A stretch of 64,000 nucleotides of DNA from Ophelia neglecta. Lineage: Eukaryota. The translations under genes were made by a program, and so were the position numbers. This document shows, in pieces, positions 12,902-27,700 of the stretch. Within the stretch, counting starts at the first letter, position 1. Every line of letters begins with the position of its first letter. The DNA is taken from assembly GCA_965285935.1 (NCBI GenBank), contig OZ260667.1:21886001-21950000 (forward strand), in the 5' to 3' direction. The notes under the pieces were generated by a model. It did no database searches. It saw only the letters and a program-made list of their open reading frames with translations, and had not been told where the DNA came from.

Positions 12902-15900
12902 TTAAGATACCCTTTACCTCTTGATAATGGCAAGCACAAAGTTAGGTGGCATTTCGTAGACGTTATACCTTAAGGTACACTTCCTCTGCTGGGGAATTGC
13001 CGGAAAAAAACGGTGGGGATAATAGCCCAGGCTGATACTAAGGATCATTATATACAGATCAAAAAAAAAAAAGAAATGCACACGTGATGAATATGTGGGC
13101 AAAATCCTTTAAACATGGAGATCAGGTTATCAATATTGAATTGACAAAACTAGTATATGATATACATGTAGACTATAACGGTTATCCGGATTCTCCCTTT
13201 AACATATTACTAAATTATATGTTTGGTGTTCGAAGGTAGGTGGTGTCAAAAAGCTGATCATAAAGTTAGACCTGGGAGTAAAAATGAATTCATTCTAGTG
13301 CCAGTGTAGATCAACAAAACATGTGCAATTGTATAGTCTGCATATGTACACACAACAACATAATATATATATCTAAATGTATATACAAATTTATACGGTC
13401 AACGTGATAATCTACCCAAATTAGATTAAGTCTTTTATTAAATCAAGCGCAATGGAGTGAAATTTAAATTGTAGCCTGGAAAGTCCTTCAATTCGATTTC
13501 CTTTGCCAATATGGCGGCCAACAAGTGTTAATTCACAGTAGACAAATGCCAGAATGGCCGCCTGTCTTTACGATCTTGTCGTCTGTTAGCACCTGCTGCA
13601 GCTGCCATGGCGTTCAGCAGACAACTTATTTTAGTAAGCCATGTCAGTTGGGAATTAGAACTGGAGGAACCACTTTTTCTTTTTGCAATGTTTTAGAAGA
13701 TGACACTCAATACTGACAAAAAGAATCATTCTTCTTGACACTCAACTTACAACCGACATAATTAGATTAGAACCGGTATTATTTAAAGTGATCAGAAACT
13801 GACTGATCCCCGGAGAAAACGACACACAAAAATACATGATAATCACAACATTCTTAATTGCGTCAGAGAAAGATTATGAATAAGAGACACCGAATGTTGC
13901 ACAAATAGTGGCAGGAAACTATTGGTTTTCAAGAGAAGTTTCTCAGCAGTGGGTCGACTCAATCGACATACCGTGGTGCAATACACATTTTCATCAGTTT
14001 CGATGATTTTAATCCACAAGTAATTAAATTTGATCTTTGCACTTATCACCACGAAAAAAAAGTCTCACTTTGCTCCGGGCTTCGAGATATTGTTTTCACT
14101 TGAGTGTGGACAACAAAATCTAAAATACAATTCTATTTTCTCACAAGAGACCACAATGCTTTCGCGCCTTAAGATGGAGACAGGAGAGGTGAGTCCCACG
14201 TTGAATATGATCACATACAATCATCGATCAAGCTTTCATCAGCCAAGCCATTTGTGGTGTTTATTTCTGCCAAGCCGCGAAAATTGTTTTAATTCACCTT
14301 TTGTCTTTTTTAGGGCAATAGCTTCAGCGATTCTAAGAGCTCATTGGAGGACAAAGTGAGCCGAATTTAGACCAGGGTTCCGAGTTCATTTAAAGGCGTG
14401 CATAATCGATGTTGACAGGATTGGATTGCAGATAATGGAATGACTGCAACTTGGGTGAAATCAATCGAAGTGGAAAATAAAAAGTCTCCTTGCACACAAA
14501 CTGCATATGACAATAATCAAAAAGAAAGAAAGGGTTCACTTATACATATTTCTCCTGTTGCTTTACACTGAAACAGTGAAATAATATGCACACTGACATA
14601 GTCATTTTTAACGAAAACCCCAAAGCTACGCTTTGCACCGATTACCACATTTAATAATCGAGCAGAAGATAATTTTGTGTGGTAAAATGGCACATTATAT
14701 TGTTCTTACGATGACTGTAGTAAGCCCGGAGGGAGTTGAGAAAGTGACTTGATATTTGTATGCACGACTGACTCACTTCAATCCCACACTCAGATTAAAG
14801 ACACGATGTGAATCAAGAGTAAACTGACTGCACAACCAATGAACTGCTGAATTCAAAGACATAACTCAGAAGAGGAGACACTTAAATTAACACCAAGTTT
14901 CCCACCAGGCATGGCGCTGTTTCTTCAAACTGGGGTTTAGGGTAACATGGTAAACCTATACTTGAATGAAATATCATAATATCATAGTTGCATAATTGTC
15001 AAGAGCATAGTTTCGATTCACTCTTTCAGTGTTTAGGGTGCCTTCTTAAACCAGTATTGTGAAATGCAAAAAAAATGTTTGTTTCTCATTAAGAGCAAAT
15101 TTCAGTGGTTTTGTCTTCTCAATTTTTGCACCCGGCGAATGAGTTGGTGCTCCCAATAATTGTGATACCAAAAACTGAAACGTGAAACATGAACATGCAT
15201 CTTTTATATAAAAATAAATAATAATGGGGCGGTACATTATATGTTAATATAGCAATACCAATGAACAAAAAAAGGAACATGGACCAATTTTCGGTACTAT
15301 AAAGATGTAATTTTAGTTTTAAATGAAATGACAACTTTGATCCAAAAGGCATCATTTCTTAGAGAAATCACATGTAACGGTAATTCATAAGACAAAGTGT
15401 TATAGCATGGTATACTACTTCATTAACAGAAGAAAACAAACTGCTTGAATTGCAGAGCTAAAATGTGGACTAAGAATGTCAACATGAACCCACTGTAAAA
15501 AAAATCAAATATAATTGGCATACGAATATTCAGTCGGATGAAACACTGAAATAGATAGAATAGAAATGAACAAACGGTAGAAAACCCTCCAACTTAGTAC
15601 AGCAAATACTAAAAATGCCATTGGCCGAGCAGAAAATAAACAGGATAAGATATCAGTCTGCCTCTGACAAATCTGTCTTCAAGTGGTGATCCCTTCCAGC
15701 GCCACATCACCGCTGTTTCTGAAGATCTATCACTCCGTTTATTGTAATTATAGAACTGTGAAAATTATTACGTGTTTGGCACAGACTGTGTCAACAGGGA
15801 TTCGGACCCTCCTGCTTGGCGGATCAATCAGAAACAGCTGCCAAGCAAAGCTTAAGCCTGAATGTTTCCCTGAACACCGCTGCTCAGTTTAACGTGTTCT

Positions 15901-18729
15901 TTAATGGCTGCGGTCCATAAAAACTGACATAAAACAAAGACAACTTCACCAAAGTACTGTCGCCATCATTGATTTTGGCCCACACTTGACAGGAACTCCA
16001 CTAGGATTGGATCCTATCCCAGGGTGCTATTGGGGACATACAGACCTCCAGGAATACTTTTTTCCTAAAAACTTGTCTGTGCATATATTCCTGGCTTAGT
16101 ATTTGATCCAGGCTTAGGCCCTCCGCCTATATTCTCATCCAACCACCAAAACACCATGCGTTTGATATATAGGCTTTTTTTTATATTTGTTTGGCTAAAT
16201 ATCTGATATTATATAACGGATAAAGTTGACACCCATAAACAGCACAGGGTTTATAATGTAAGCGTACAAGGCCTGGAAAGCGGACATCAACGGAGTGACG
16301 TTCATAAGGTGATTGAGTTCGTATTTCGTGGCAACATCTAGAACAAACATACGGCAATTTGACAACATAATCCGAGTCATTCCATTAAGTAATGCGTTTT
16401 GATGAGACTAGGACCATCTCCGTCAGCCGCCGCTGACAGTCTTGAATTCATATATTATCGTCATTCAGATATTTATAAGTATGCTGATAACAGTGAGTCA
16501 ACCTAAAATCAAACGCCCGAAAGAAACTATGGCGGAATGATCCACGTTTCCCTGTAGTCCGTGTTATGAAACTTTCCCGAATTTTGCTACTTATGACACC
16601 GCCGAACCAAGGCTTTTGATTGGCCGATAAACTAATAGGCCAGCATGCAGGAAAAGACCAACTAGCCCGCGGTTGATATTAACAGTTTAAATCGGCAGAC
16701 ATGAAATTTTGGCTGGCCCCACTGACCTTGTGGCGGCCGCCCGCCCGAGTACCACTAATCTTGTATTGTTAAGGTTAAAACTGGTGTCTAGAACAGCATG
16801 ACTAAAAAATAGCGGATTCACGCGGTTCCGTTAAGAGTCCATGTTTCGTTATTTTTCCGGTTCCGATTCCAGTTAGGCTTTAATATTCGATTAGTCGAAA
16901 TATTTTCCAGCAATGAATTCGCAAATATACTGTGCTCGCTTTCATCTGTGTTTCGCACTTTATAGAAGTATTTTATATTTCTTCTATCTAATTTAGATAT
17001 TTTATATCTTTTATTATCTTCAAAATGCCTCTGCATTTAAATCAAACGTGGCAGGCATGGCTGCATGCACAAAGGCCTGGGCCAATATAATCCACTTGCG
17101 ATTGTCTTAGGCTGTCTGCCAGCTTTTCTTCGTGCCATTTTAACGCCTAGGCACGTTTTCCCTCTTGAGTCTCCAAATACTGAGACACACAGCTTGGAAA
17201 GTGGTGTTCAACTATTGTCCAGAAACAACCCAAACCGACCTTGGAGAAAAACCTATTAGAGATGCTATAACGTTAACAGATCGTCAAAGATCTAGCAGTA
17301 TTTTGAGAAACAATGGCAGTCACTTGATTCTTGCCATAAATGTATGATTTTATGATTTATTTAATAACCGTTGACTTGCCATAAAATTCAATTGGTAGCA
17401 AAAGGGCATAACTTAAAAGAAAAGTACATTTGAATATATGACGGTTTTCTACTAGACGTTTATCAGATATCGTGCGTATTCATTTAAGCAAATTTGATTA
17501 TTTACCAGAAGACGCCCAATTATTGTTTGTCCTTAAGAATTAGGTCAGAGGAGCAGACATTGTATAGAGGCATAAAAACTACACTTGTTTTTTTTGTATA
17601 TACCTATTTTGCATGTCCTTTGGACATGATGGCTCCCGACAATTATAGCGAAGCCCATTTGTTGCTCTGGGTAATAATAATATTCGCGAATTGCTATCAC
17701 ACATTATCAACGCCAGAAATTCAAATCCGTTACTACAAGTCCCTAATCAAATTTACCCTTATCTTGCTTCCGTGACCCTCAAACTTAGTTGCCGAGTCAG
17801 GCCAATCAGAAAAATACAGGTTCTACCCTTTGAATGTCACGACATGGTTCGGCCCTGAATCTATCACCGGCTGACCCTCAGATACGCCCTTACAGCTGTG
17901 AGAAGGTCGATAATATCGGCGCCCCGATAGTAGTCGTATCATTAATCGCACCAGATGTTAACCTCGGCATTGAAATATACCAGCGCCTTCTTTGCAACTT
18001 AAACTTGAAGCTTAATCCAACTTTAAATTCAGCGGATATACAGTGTATTGCAATTTAGCCAAAATCAAATGTCTGTTTTAGGTTACATGCTGGGAAAAAA
18101 TAAGGCAGGTGGGCCGGTATATAATTGTATTTTTGTCAAAATGTTTAAATGGTTATTAGCGGAAGAAATGGTCGTGAATATAAGGCTCCTAGTATTCAGA
18201 GAGCGCTATTGGCGAGTTTAAAATATACCTGCCCAATCGGAACCCATGTTACATCTCACTTCCTTCCCAGGATACAGCAGCGCCAAGCAAACAGTGCAGC
18301 GTCAAAGCGCCGAATACAAATGCTCATGTACTTTGACTTCCATAAGGTAGCATGAACACTAGCGCGAGAAATAAACGCAAAGCGTATTTGATATAATTGT
18401 AGATGGGTGTGTTAAAGTACAGTGATCATTGTCAATATTCATTTTATGATATGATCAGCCTGAAATTACAATTGCCATGAAGCTCGGTGTTCAAGAGAAA
18501 ACATTCAATGTTTTCACTTTCGGCATTCAGGTGTTGTTAAGTTGGCACTTATTTTAAAGTTAGAAAACCAAAATGACCAAATATGACGCCTGAAACACAT
18601 AGCTAGAATGAATTAATAACTGGGAAAGTAAATGAAATATCTTATAGAATAGAACATTTTACCCATCAGATGTCGTAAAAGCTGTTCATTTTCGTTCAAG
18701 GTCAATCAAATTAACACACAACTTAATGT

Positions 18730-19880
18730 CTGCCGACAGATTGTTCTAGTCCTTGCACCAAGATATGAGTAAGAAATTTGCCCATCAGATCCCGCCCTGG
18801 GACTTACTACATATAGGGTTCTGCCCCAAATTGAGCAAGAGTGAGATACCTTACATTGGAATAAGAGATATTTTGGGGCCATTCCCCCAATACCGTTGAT
18901 AAGGCGTAAAAAATTATAGTTCATCCTGCTTTGAACATTTAGTCACTTTAATCAACTAAAATGGGTGGTACCAATATTCTGCATATTGCCCAGTCCCAAG
19001 CTTAATCTCATAAATTTATCCTGGCCAGTCCGACTCATGTGACTAGTTTTCTTAGAAAGACTTCCATGCCAATAACGTCTCCCCTAGTCAAAATGGGGTT
19101 GAATGAGGGCATTTGTCAGAAGCTTCCTAACTTGAAATAAGCTTGAAATAACAACTATTTCGGTATGAAAACTTAAATTTATTAGTGACTCATATGCTTG
19201 TCAAACAAGGCTTTTAAATAATTAACAGTACTTTAGAGCCTTTTTACTTTTATACCATATATTCAATCATAGTCACAGCCAGATATTTTACGATATATAT
19301 CAAACGGAATACATTTCGTCTTATCTAATTAAAATGCAATGACATTTTTACCATTGATAAACCAATCATACAGTGCCTTAAGTTCCATACCAGGCTAACT
19401 GTCAATATCATGTACTGATTTATCGGAAATAATGAGAGCAGAGCCACTTGTATACAGCATATGATCGCCTGTCATAATAGACTAGAAATATCAGGGGACC
19501 AAAAATTGATCACTGCGGAACACCACAGACAATAAACATATTGTCTAACACATAACTTTTTCAAATCACACACATTTGTCTCTTCTTAAGACAAGATTCT
19601 AACCACAAGACTACTATACCGGCAACACCAATAGCTCTAAGCTTTGAAGTATAATACAATAATCGTAAGTGTCGAAAGCATTTTGCTGGTTGTCAAGAAA
19701 CACAATAAGTCAATTCACTCCCATCTAAGTTACCTCTAGCCAGGTTACTCAAACAAATTAAAACAGTCTTAGTAGAGACACCGAGTCTGAAACCAAACTG
19801 ATTATTGTACAGGATATTATGCTCTTCAAGAAAACACTTAAATTGATCATTAATCTGTTTGGGATTAATAGACTGCAGCT
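18730..19880 (-). mobile_element. Decayed CR1/L2-group LINE reverse transcriptase and C-terminal region
   Basis: Ordered minus-strand motifs: YNNQFGFRLGVSTKTVL, AFDTYD (KAFDTVD), VCGVPQ*SIFGPLIFLVY (GVPQGSILGPLLF), MLYTSGSAL (LYADD region), KYLAVT (KYLGV), ALIQPHFD*, GMAPKYL and GQISYSYLGA. In-frame stops are present. Confidence 0.9.
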
Positions 19881-21039
19881 GCTTCTTTGCACGTGCCACT
19901 TCAACTGCAGCTAATAAAAAAAGATCACATTTGACACCTTTAGGGCTTTATATAGTTTATTAACCACTGCAATAATTCACGAAACGTAATTCCTTTACCA
20001 AGTTAGAGGCGCCATTGCAAAAATGAAGTATTTTTGCAAGCTCACCACGATCTTTTCACATATTGACAGTGTCTTTAATAAAGGGTATTTTCGTAGTGCC
20101 GTACACGTGGGATACAGCCGTGCCTAAAAAACTAACGCATAACCGTATACATATTTATTCTTTATAATGTAACGATTTCATTTTCACTTTCTTTTCTTCC
20201 TTTCGAACATTTGAAACAGGCCCTCCTCAGTTTCAGGCGGTATGAACTTTTCATTCAGGGCCCATAACAGAAGCTGGCGACTGTAAGAGGGTGCATTCCC
20301 GACCTTGCAACAAATCACATAGGCCGAAGAAGCACTGATCTGGAATGGCGAGGGACTCGTAAAATGAGGGTTTTCTCCATTTATAGCCAATTATTCAGAA
20401 AATATGGCTTGCAATGTACCGTATTTCATCTGAAAGTTGTGTAAAACGATCTGGGTTTATTTCAATGTTATGATGGTGTTGGAAATGACAATGTGCATCA
20501 TATTTATGGTAGGCCATAATACTCGACCCTGGAGGAACCTAAAAATGATAAAAACATTTTGGAATTGAGCAAAGTCAATGTAACTAATCAGTGACTTTGC
20601 TCAGTTTGGTAGATATATACGTATATCGGGGCTTGTTTGCTAATTTTAAATGTTTATGAATGAAATGATTTAAAATAATTTTTCTTCTTTTGCTTAACGA
20701 CATGAACTAGGCTAAAGCGTGTGACAGTTGTCCGAAGAAACCTTATATTACAAGGCTTTATGCGTGTGAACTTTGACATTTGGTATCTGGTACAACATTC
20801 ACTGGTTGAAAACTTTGTGTCGTACCAGAGATGTATTTACATCTCTGGTCGTACTCCATAATAGTATAATCACTTGTCTTAGTCTGAAATCCGTAAATTA
20901 CACTTTACGTCGTCTCGAAGAGAGTAGAATGGAGACTTCCTACTTTGCGGAATACTACAGTGACAAGAACTATCCCAGTGGCCTTCAAGACTTATATTGA
21001 TAGGCTGGCTAAATTCATTCATCACAATTAAGCCGATGG

Positions 21040-21150
21040 AAACAAAGCCCGGTGACTTGGGTCTTGTATGCCACTCGACCGGCGGGTAACACATCCACCC
21101 GGATGATCAAAAAGGTATGCCTGTGTAAACGGATGGGTTATGAAATCCGG
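21040..21150 (+). mobile_element. Possible decayed SINE central-domain remnant
   Basis: CATCCACCCGGATGATCAAAAAGGTATGCCTG (21092-21123) resembles the CCACCCAG..AAATGGGTACCTG core of invertebrate SINEs, as recalled from memory. A related GTGAATGGGTACCTG occurs near 49775. Confidence 0.3.
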
Positions 21151-22489
21151 AATGCCATCAAGAAATCAGAAAGCAACAAGAAAAGGAGTCTTAATTGTTT
21201 TCTTTACACAAATTACATAGCTTATTCATAATTTTACCTGATTAAGTATTCAAATTTCTCGAAGTTCATATTTGATCTTCGTGTATATAGTGCTAGAGAT
21301 CTTTTTTTTTCTTTTTGCCAGAGTTACAATCGTATCTGAGCAAGATTCTATCATATTTCTAAATATGAACAATAATATAAAAACCTAACGATGGCTACAT
21401 GTCTTATAGCAGAGGGCCTCGTATGAACATAAAAAAAAATAATCCAGTTTACGAGTGTTTTTCACCAGTTGAGCGGTGGCTTAAATTTGTTTGGTGTTGT
21501 ACAGTTTATTAAGCTACCGAAAAGCGAACAAACAAATGAGAAGCCTTTGAATTAGCATGTACATGGTTCATAAGAGAGTGGATCGTGTTTTAAATGAACG
21601 CATTTGACTTTGTAAATGTAATTTGGTGTTCTGCCGGTTACCTAAATGACATGATGTCACTGATTGACAGCCGCACCTATGAATACTGGCGTTGTTCAGC
21701 CGTGCTTCCGTCATGTGTCTGCTTCTGCCACCATTTGTGCGAGCCTGTGCAGACAGACGGTGAGCAAACGACAGTAAATGACTTCCTGTTATCAGGAGAG
21801 CGTTTTAACATACGTTTAACAGTTGACGTCTGTGTCGGCCGCAAAACTAGGGCGAGAAACCCCGGCTGTCGGCCTGTGCGCCACAGGTGGTGAGTGCTGG
21901 CATAGCATATTTGTGAAGAAGAAATTACACAAAGCATCCGTTGTGTGAGAGACAGGCTCGCATGCTGGTGTTTATCAGGATATTTAACCTATGCCATAAC
22001 TGCCGACCTAGTTTTCTCTAGTGAAAATCAGTAGAGGTAACACAGGGGGCAAAACGGAAAACTAAACACAAATTTAAATGCTTTCCCCCCGCCCTGAAGC
22101 CGAGAAGGAACATCAACTAATCGTATGTTTCCTCAATATTTCTGTTCATTTACTCAGATGAGCAGATGTGACACACATCAACTAACGCTCTTTAAAAAAT
22201 TGTTTGAACAGGGCCTTTTCAATGTCATGTTCTTCAAACAATGACTTGTCTTAGCTCTGTTGACTTAACGTCTGCATGCCAACCTATTTAGACAGCCATG
22301 TTTTACAATGAAATCAATATTTTGCATGATATCGTGTGCTCGACAACCAAACTTTGCCAGAAAAATAAATCGACCAGGAGAATTGCTGCTAAAAAGTGTT
22401 CATCTGAAACAGCTTTCCCAGACTTGAGCATGCCAGAGACCTTTTGAACATAAAATTCGTGACTATATGCAACAGTTGCAAGCAAATTG

Positions 22490-23040
22490 AAGCCCTCGAG
22501 CAAGGAATAATGATTAGAATAACCGCTCTTAACCGTAACCAAGGAATCATACATTAGCGTTGTTGCACGAACTCACACACTGTTTGCATGGAAATTGTGT
22601 CATTTTTATGTAACCTTCACAGCATTTTTGATTGCAAGCCAAACGCCAAACGACATTTTTCAACGATGTAGCATGACGATGATTATTGTTCAGGAAGAAA
22701 GACGTCTGCTAAGATAGCAACCTGTATTTGTAATAGTCATATCGCGATAGCTCAAATTCCACGGCAGCAGTCTCGTAAACAGCGCCCCGCAGCTGTCAAA
22801 ATGTAGCGTATGCTTTGCCAACCGCGAAGAAGCCCAACCTTGTTTGAATTCAATTAGCTTACGCCGCAGTGATCCCGGAGTATCATACCATTGTTGACTG
22901 AACAAATTGTTTGTACTCCAAACCAGAGATGGTGGTCCCCATTGGAAATGTTAACAATTCTTGAAGATTAATTCGCCCAGGTTATCATATTTGCCTTGAG
23001 CAGCATCTTGAGTGGATTTGATAGAGATAAAATCTTACTT
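22490..23040 (-). mobile_element. Possible decayed Crypton-type (DUF3504) tyrosine recombinase remnant
   Basis: Minus-strand fragments in order: ILSLSNPLKMLL (like LGxxxPxxLL), DHHLWFG, EFKQGW (like SKxxQGG) and NSV*VRATTLMYDS..KSGYSN..SL (like HSLRATAATxMY...SGHxS..SL). Very degenerate. Confidence 0.35.
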
Positions 23041-24399
23041 TAGACCAGAGAGTCCGGGAGACGCCTCGGTGACGCTGGACAATATTACGAATGTTAGTGT
23101 AATTATCAATCAACGAGGTTATGCAATGGCTATATGGGGATGAGAGATGTTTGTTATCAATGCCCGTGGGTTATACTTAAACACCCTATTAATATTATGG
23201 TCTCTATTTCAATATAGCCAACTACCACGCGCCTATAGTACTGGCATTTTGATGTAAGCGTTAACTGTGCTGAAATTTCATTCCGATGAATCCCAACTGA
23301 CAATTATTAACTACGCCGGAAACATATATCAGTTCCGATGTATATTATATAAACATATATGTACATCAAGTATTTGCAAGGATTGTCATTAAAATGGCAA
23401 AAGCCATAATATTGTATATATATATATATAAATATATATATGTATATATCAGAACTTGCTCTCTTAAAACTCTGTGTCCATTTTATGCTAGTCAATCAGT
23501 CTCTGTGTTTTCTGCTGATCATTTCTGAAACGCACTCATTTAAGGACTGAATATAATAATGGATTATAGAGGAAACCCGATGAGTTTAATTTGACAACCA
23601 AGCCGAACGAAGGAATTGCGAGCGTCGGTCGTGGGCGCATTATCGAAACAAATCTCACACGGAGCAGCTATCATCAGAGAATTGAACAAAATGCTAAAAT
23701 GGAGTATCTATTCGGTGCTTTGCTCCCGCAGGCTATTGGGCCACTCATATACACTTAATATCGCCCAAGCACGTGCTCTCCTAATGACATCGGCAATGAT
23801 GATCGTGCTGAAAGCACTTTCCCTCATTTAAGCTTATTGTTGTCAACTAGAATGAGAGTATATATTTTTTCTGCTAGAGAAGGCGGGCACAATTGGTCTG
23901 ACTAACACAATAAACTTAGCCTTTTTCACTGAAAAGTATCTCGAGCAGAAAGAGACTCAATTTTTAAAGCACATTTAACGAATCTATCTCATCCGATGTC
24001 TGGGCAAACAAGTTATCATTTTGTCGGTAAAAACGGCGCACTGTGTTAAAACGAGATTGATTTTTTGAAAGTGGTCGATCATTGACACTGATTCTCGACG
24101 AAACAAACTTCCATCCAAAACTATTAGGAAATTGTGTAATGTTTTTTTTTTAACTGGAGCATTGATTTTTAAAGAAGCGCAGGAGGAACGCCGTTGTGCT
24201 TGTTCCATCATTCGGCGATCTTGCTGAATATGGCACTCGAATAAATGATGAGTGAAAGACTTAGCCAGCTCGAAGAGAACAAAAGAGGTAGACAGTAGAT
24301 CCCAACTCAACGAATTAAGACAAATAGGTGTCCGAGAATGCAGCCAATTTGCGGTACCAACAAAGAGTGCCATCTTGGCTGGTAACAGTAATATCACGC

Positions 24400-24770
24400 C
24401 AGTATGGCGAGCAAGCTCGCTGGCACAATCAGCTCAATTGGATTGCAGATCGGGGGCAGGCAGGCGCGATAAATGTATAAAAGGAGAGTCTCAAATGACT
24501 CAATCGGCGCTGGAGACTCTGCAACACAATCTAAAGCCATGCTAGGCAAATGGCATCAACCTTCATGCAATGCCCCGACAAAATGCTGATGCGACCAGTC
24601 TCAATTTTCTATTATATTGGAAATCAGCTCAAGCCCGTCTCATTGGATCGGTAATGGGCGGGTGGGCGCAAGGCCGGGGGATTTGTAGGCCGAGCAGCCG
24701 GTGATAAGGGGTCCGCTGGTTCATCAGCAATAGTAGCGTGGGATGCAGAGGTGGCATCGGGTAACAACAG
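24400..24770. promoter_or_regulatory. GC/CpG-rich promoter- or enhancer-like island
   Basis: TATAAAAG (24476-24483) precedes an AP-1 site TGACTCA (24496-24502) flanked by the inverted repeat AGAGTCTC/GAGACTCT. Several ATTGG (CCAAT) motifs, a GC box GGGCGG near 24656 and a GATA site TGATAA near 24702 follow. Confidence 0.45.
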
Positions 24771-27700
24771 CTAAATCGCAACAACTACAAAATGGCCTAC
24801 ACTTACACGGCACAGGTTTTATCCCAGCATTGAGTTACAAAGAATATATTGATTACCATGTTAACCCCTTACTATCCCATTTAGAAAACCTCTTAACCCT
24901 CAATCCCATTTTATCACACCTAGCTCACAGGAAAATAAATAAATCTGAGCTATATGGGTTTGATTGAAAGGGTTAACCTTTGAAAAGCAAAGTGAGGAAT
25001 GGAAATATAATATCAGCTGTTAGATGTTTTGCATACTGTTGTTCATCCTATATAGTAATATTTAGTGGTCTATAGTGAACACTTGCTCCTGTCTATATGT
25101 ATCGGAGAATGTGATGGTGCGGATAAGATTGTGTCAAAGGCACTGTCGATAATTGTTCAGTCCTGTGTGCTCAACCGTGCTCAAACCATCACATACCCCA
25201 AGCCGGCCTGCAGGCCATCCGCTCATCCCGTCTCCTTAATTGAGTAAACTAGGTCACCGTCATGGGACTCAATCAGTACCAGCGATCAAGTGAGTCAATA
25301 AACCAATAAGCAACATCAAGAGTAGGAATGACTTGTATATACAATTACCTACATTAACCAAATGGCTGATCAGTTATTTGATTTACAACGTATTGTAGCA
25401 TTGTTCTAATTAATCTGAAGTTAATGAGAAGATACAATTATTGTGATTATAATGGTAAAAGCCAAAATACCGTAGTAAGCTTTACGTACAAGTAATAATG
25501 TAATTTCCTCGAAGTTTGATGCTATGTTGACTTAAGCTCATAATGTCTCCCTAATGTTCCCTCCGAAATGTCCACATTGCTCTGATATTTAAATCTCAGA
25601 ACCTGACCAATTCTGACCCATGGCATTCAACTCAGCATCAACTCGCACCCGGGGTTTAATTCTCGCTCAAAATGAACCAATTAGGATGTGTGACATGAAA
25701 GCCACACAGTACCAACGGAGATTATTGAGTCGGCTTTTTTTCAATACTGAATGGGTATTATTCATAATCCGCATGTTATTGGGCATAAACTGTGTTAAGA
25801 TATATTTACAATAAGAACTGGCATCTGAGCTAAACCAGTGTTATTATCAGTACGAACAGCGTAACATGTAGATGAGGGTTTGCCTCCTCAATCAGTCAAT
25901 ATAATGGGAGATCTTATCTAAATTTAGTCGCGTGACAGGAAGTCGTTTGGTGCAGAATAAATTGTTAGGATACCGATGACACTGCGACTTCCTTCAATCA
26001 GTACTTGGAGGACACACAATAAACTTGTCCTACTCATTTGTACGACCTACGGAGGCAGTTAACTGAGCAAACGACTCGTAGACATGCCATGATAACTATA
26101 TTTGGCGGTAGTGGTTGGGACACTATGCATCAAAGTGAGGGGGAAAAGGAGGAACTAAGATTGTGGAGCTGAAAAGGAAGAACCGGACATGTCTGTCTCT
26201 GTTATCCTCCATCAGAGGAGAAGCGATACTATTTGTGGCATGAGTTTTAACTATAATTATGTTTGAGGTTGACTTGATTTATTCACCGTTGGTGTGTATC
26301 GGACACAATCCTTCACAGTATCAAAAATAACACTGGGCTAAGAGTAATACAACAAGCAAAAAAACTCAAATAGTCCGATAAGAAGAGGTCTGACTCGCCA
26401 GTGGTGTTGGGGTGCATTTCTTGCTCCCCCTACTCCCACCAGTGACGTATCTGACCCTCTTCCTGTCATCATTCTTCGCCCTTACTGGTATCATCGAGTT
26501 CTAATCAGATGGCCACCGTCTGGCCGCGGGGTCAACCTTTTCAAACAAACCAGAATGGACTGATATTTGTCTAAGAGGAGAATGTGGGTCGTTGATAGCA
26601 GCTATGATGTCCGACTAATGCTCTAGGTACACAATTCGGGGCAGGAATGCCGTGGTTTCTCCACTAACTCTCGAGTCAAATTGAGGAAAATTGGTGCCAA
26701 GTGGTGAGAGGAAACTGCAGGAGTCCATCGCCTCCGGCAATACTCGGTCTGGGAGGGAACCGCCTGCTTAACTTGGCTAAACGCCTAGCATTAGTCCCTC
26801 ATCAACTAATGACTCGGCTTAATGTAAGCAACTTGCCGAGCCCTAATGACGCCAAACAAGACTATGACATTACCAGTAATGATGCTTACATAATACATTT
26901 GGAGTCTATACTATCCCTATTTCAGAGTCTATAGGCAATAAATACAAGGAACAGAAGTCAGTTGATGTCAAGATATTCAATAAATGATGTTTTCCTTTCC
27001 AGTGATTAATTGTTATTTCTTTTGGTGATGCAAACGATCAAGAGTTTTCTTGGCCAAGTAGCTATACGGACCTGCAAACAAAGCTTTGATCCTGCAGAAG
27101 GGACCGCTAAATACAGGCTTAATCAGAAGATTAATATACATATTAATATGTAAAGAACTAATAAAAGGTTTCACCTGTTTTACAACTGTGTACATTTAAT
27201 TTTACCGCGATTTGTACTCAATGGGTTTAAGACAACGATCAAATCCATTTTAGAAGAAGGAATTAATAAATCCAATAGTGACATTAATTAGCATCAATAC
27301 GACGAGACAAGATGCAGTTATCTATAGTACTTTTGTAGATTTGTATGTGGCCGGTCGAAAGTCTTCGCTATCTTGGAAGTCCATCGAGAAGAGGAGATGA
27401 AGAAGTTTTGCGGAGCTGTGGTTGAGATGGTCATTCACCTTGGAGGTGGAGGATCATACAAACTACACAGGAGCTCATAAGCCGGTGGGGGAAAGTTAAG
27501 TACCCAGTTTGGAGGGCTGATTGACAATTAGTAATGCTCTACTCCCAAAACAGATTGATTTATTTGCGTTGGTTCTCCACCGGTCCCGACCCACGCTCTG
27601 CCCCAGTTAACAAGTTCCCCTCAGCCAGCTTACTGCTAAGATATCGCCAGAAACTAGGTTAAAAAGCTACCCGCCCTTCGATATATCGAAAAGCCTTCGT

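Noticed and set aside
23984-24397. 137-aa minus-strand ORF next to the 24.5-kb island
   Set aside because: It has no recognisable domain, no supporting splice signals and a non-ATG start, so it is probably a chance frame.
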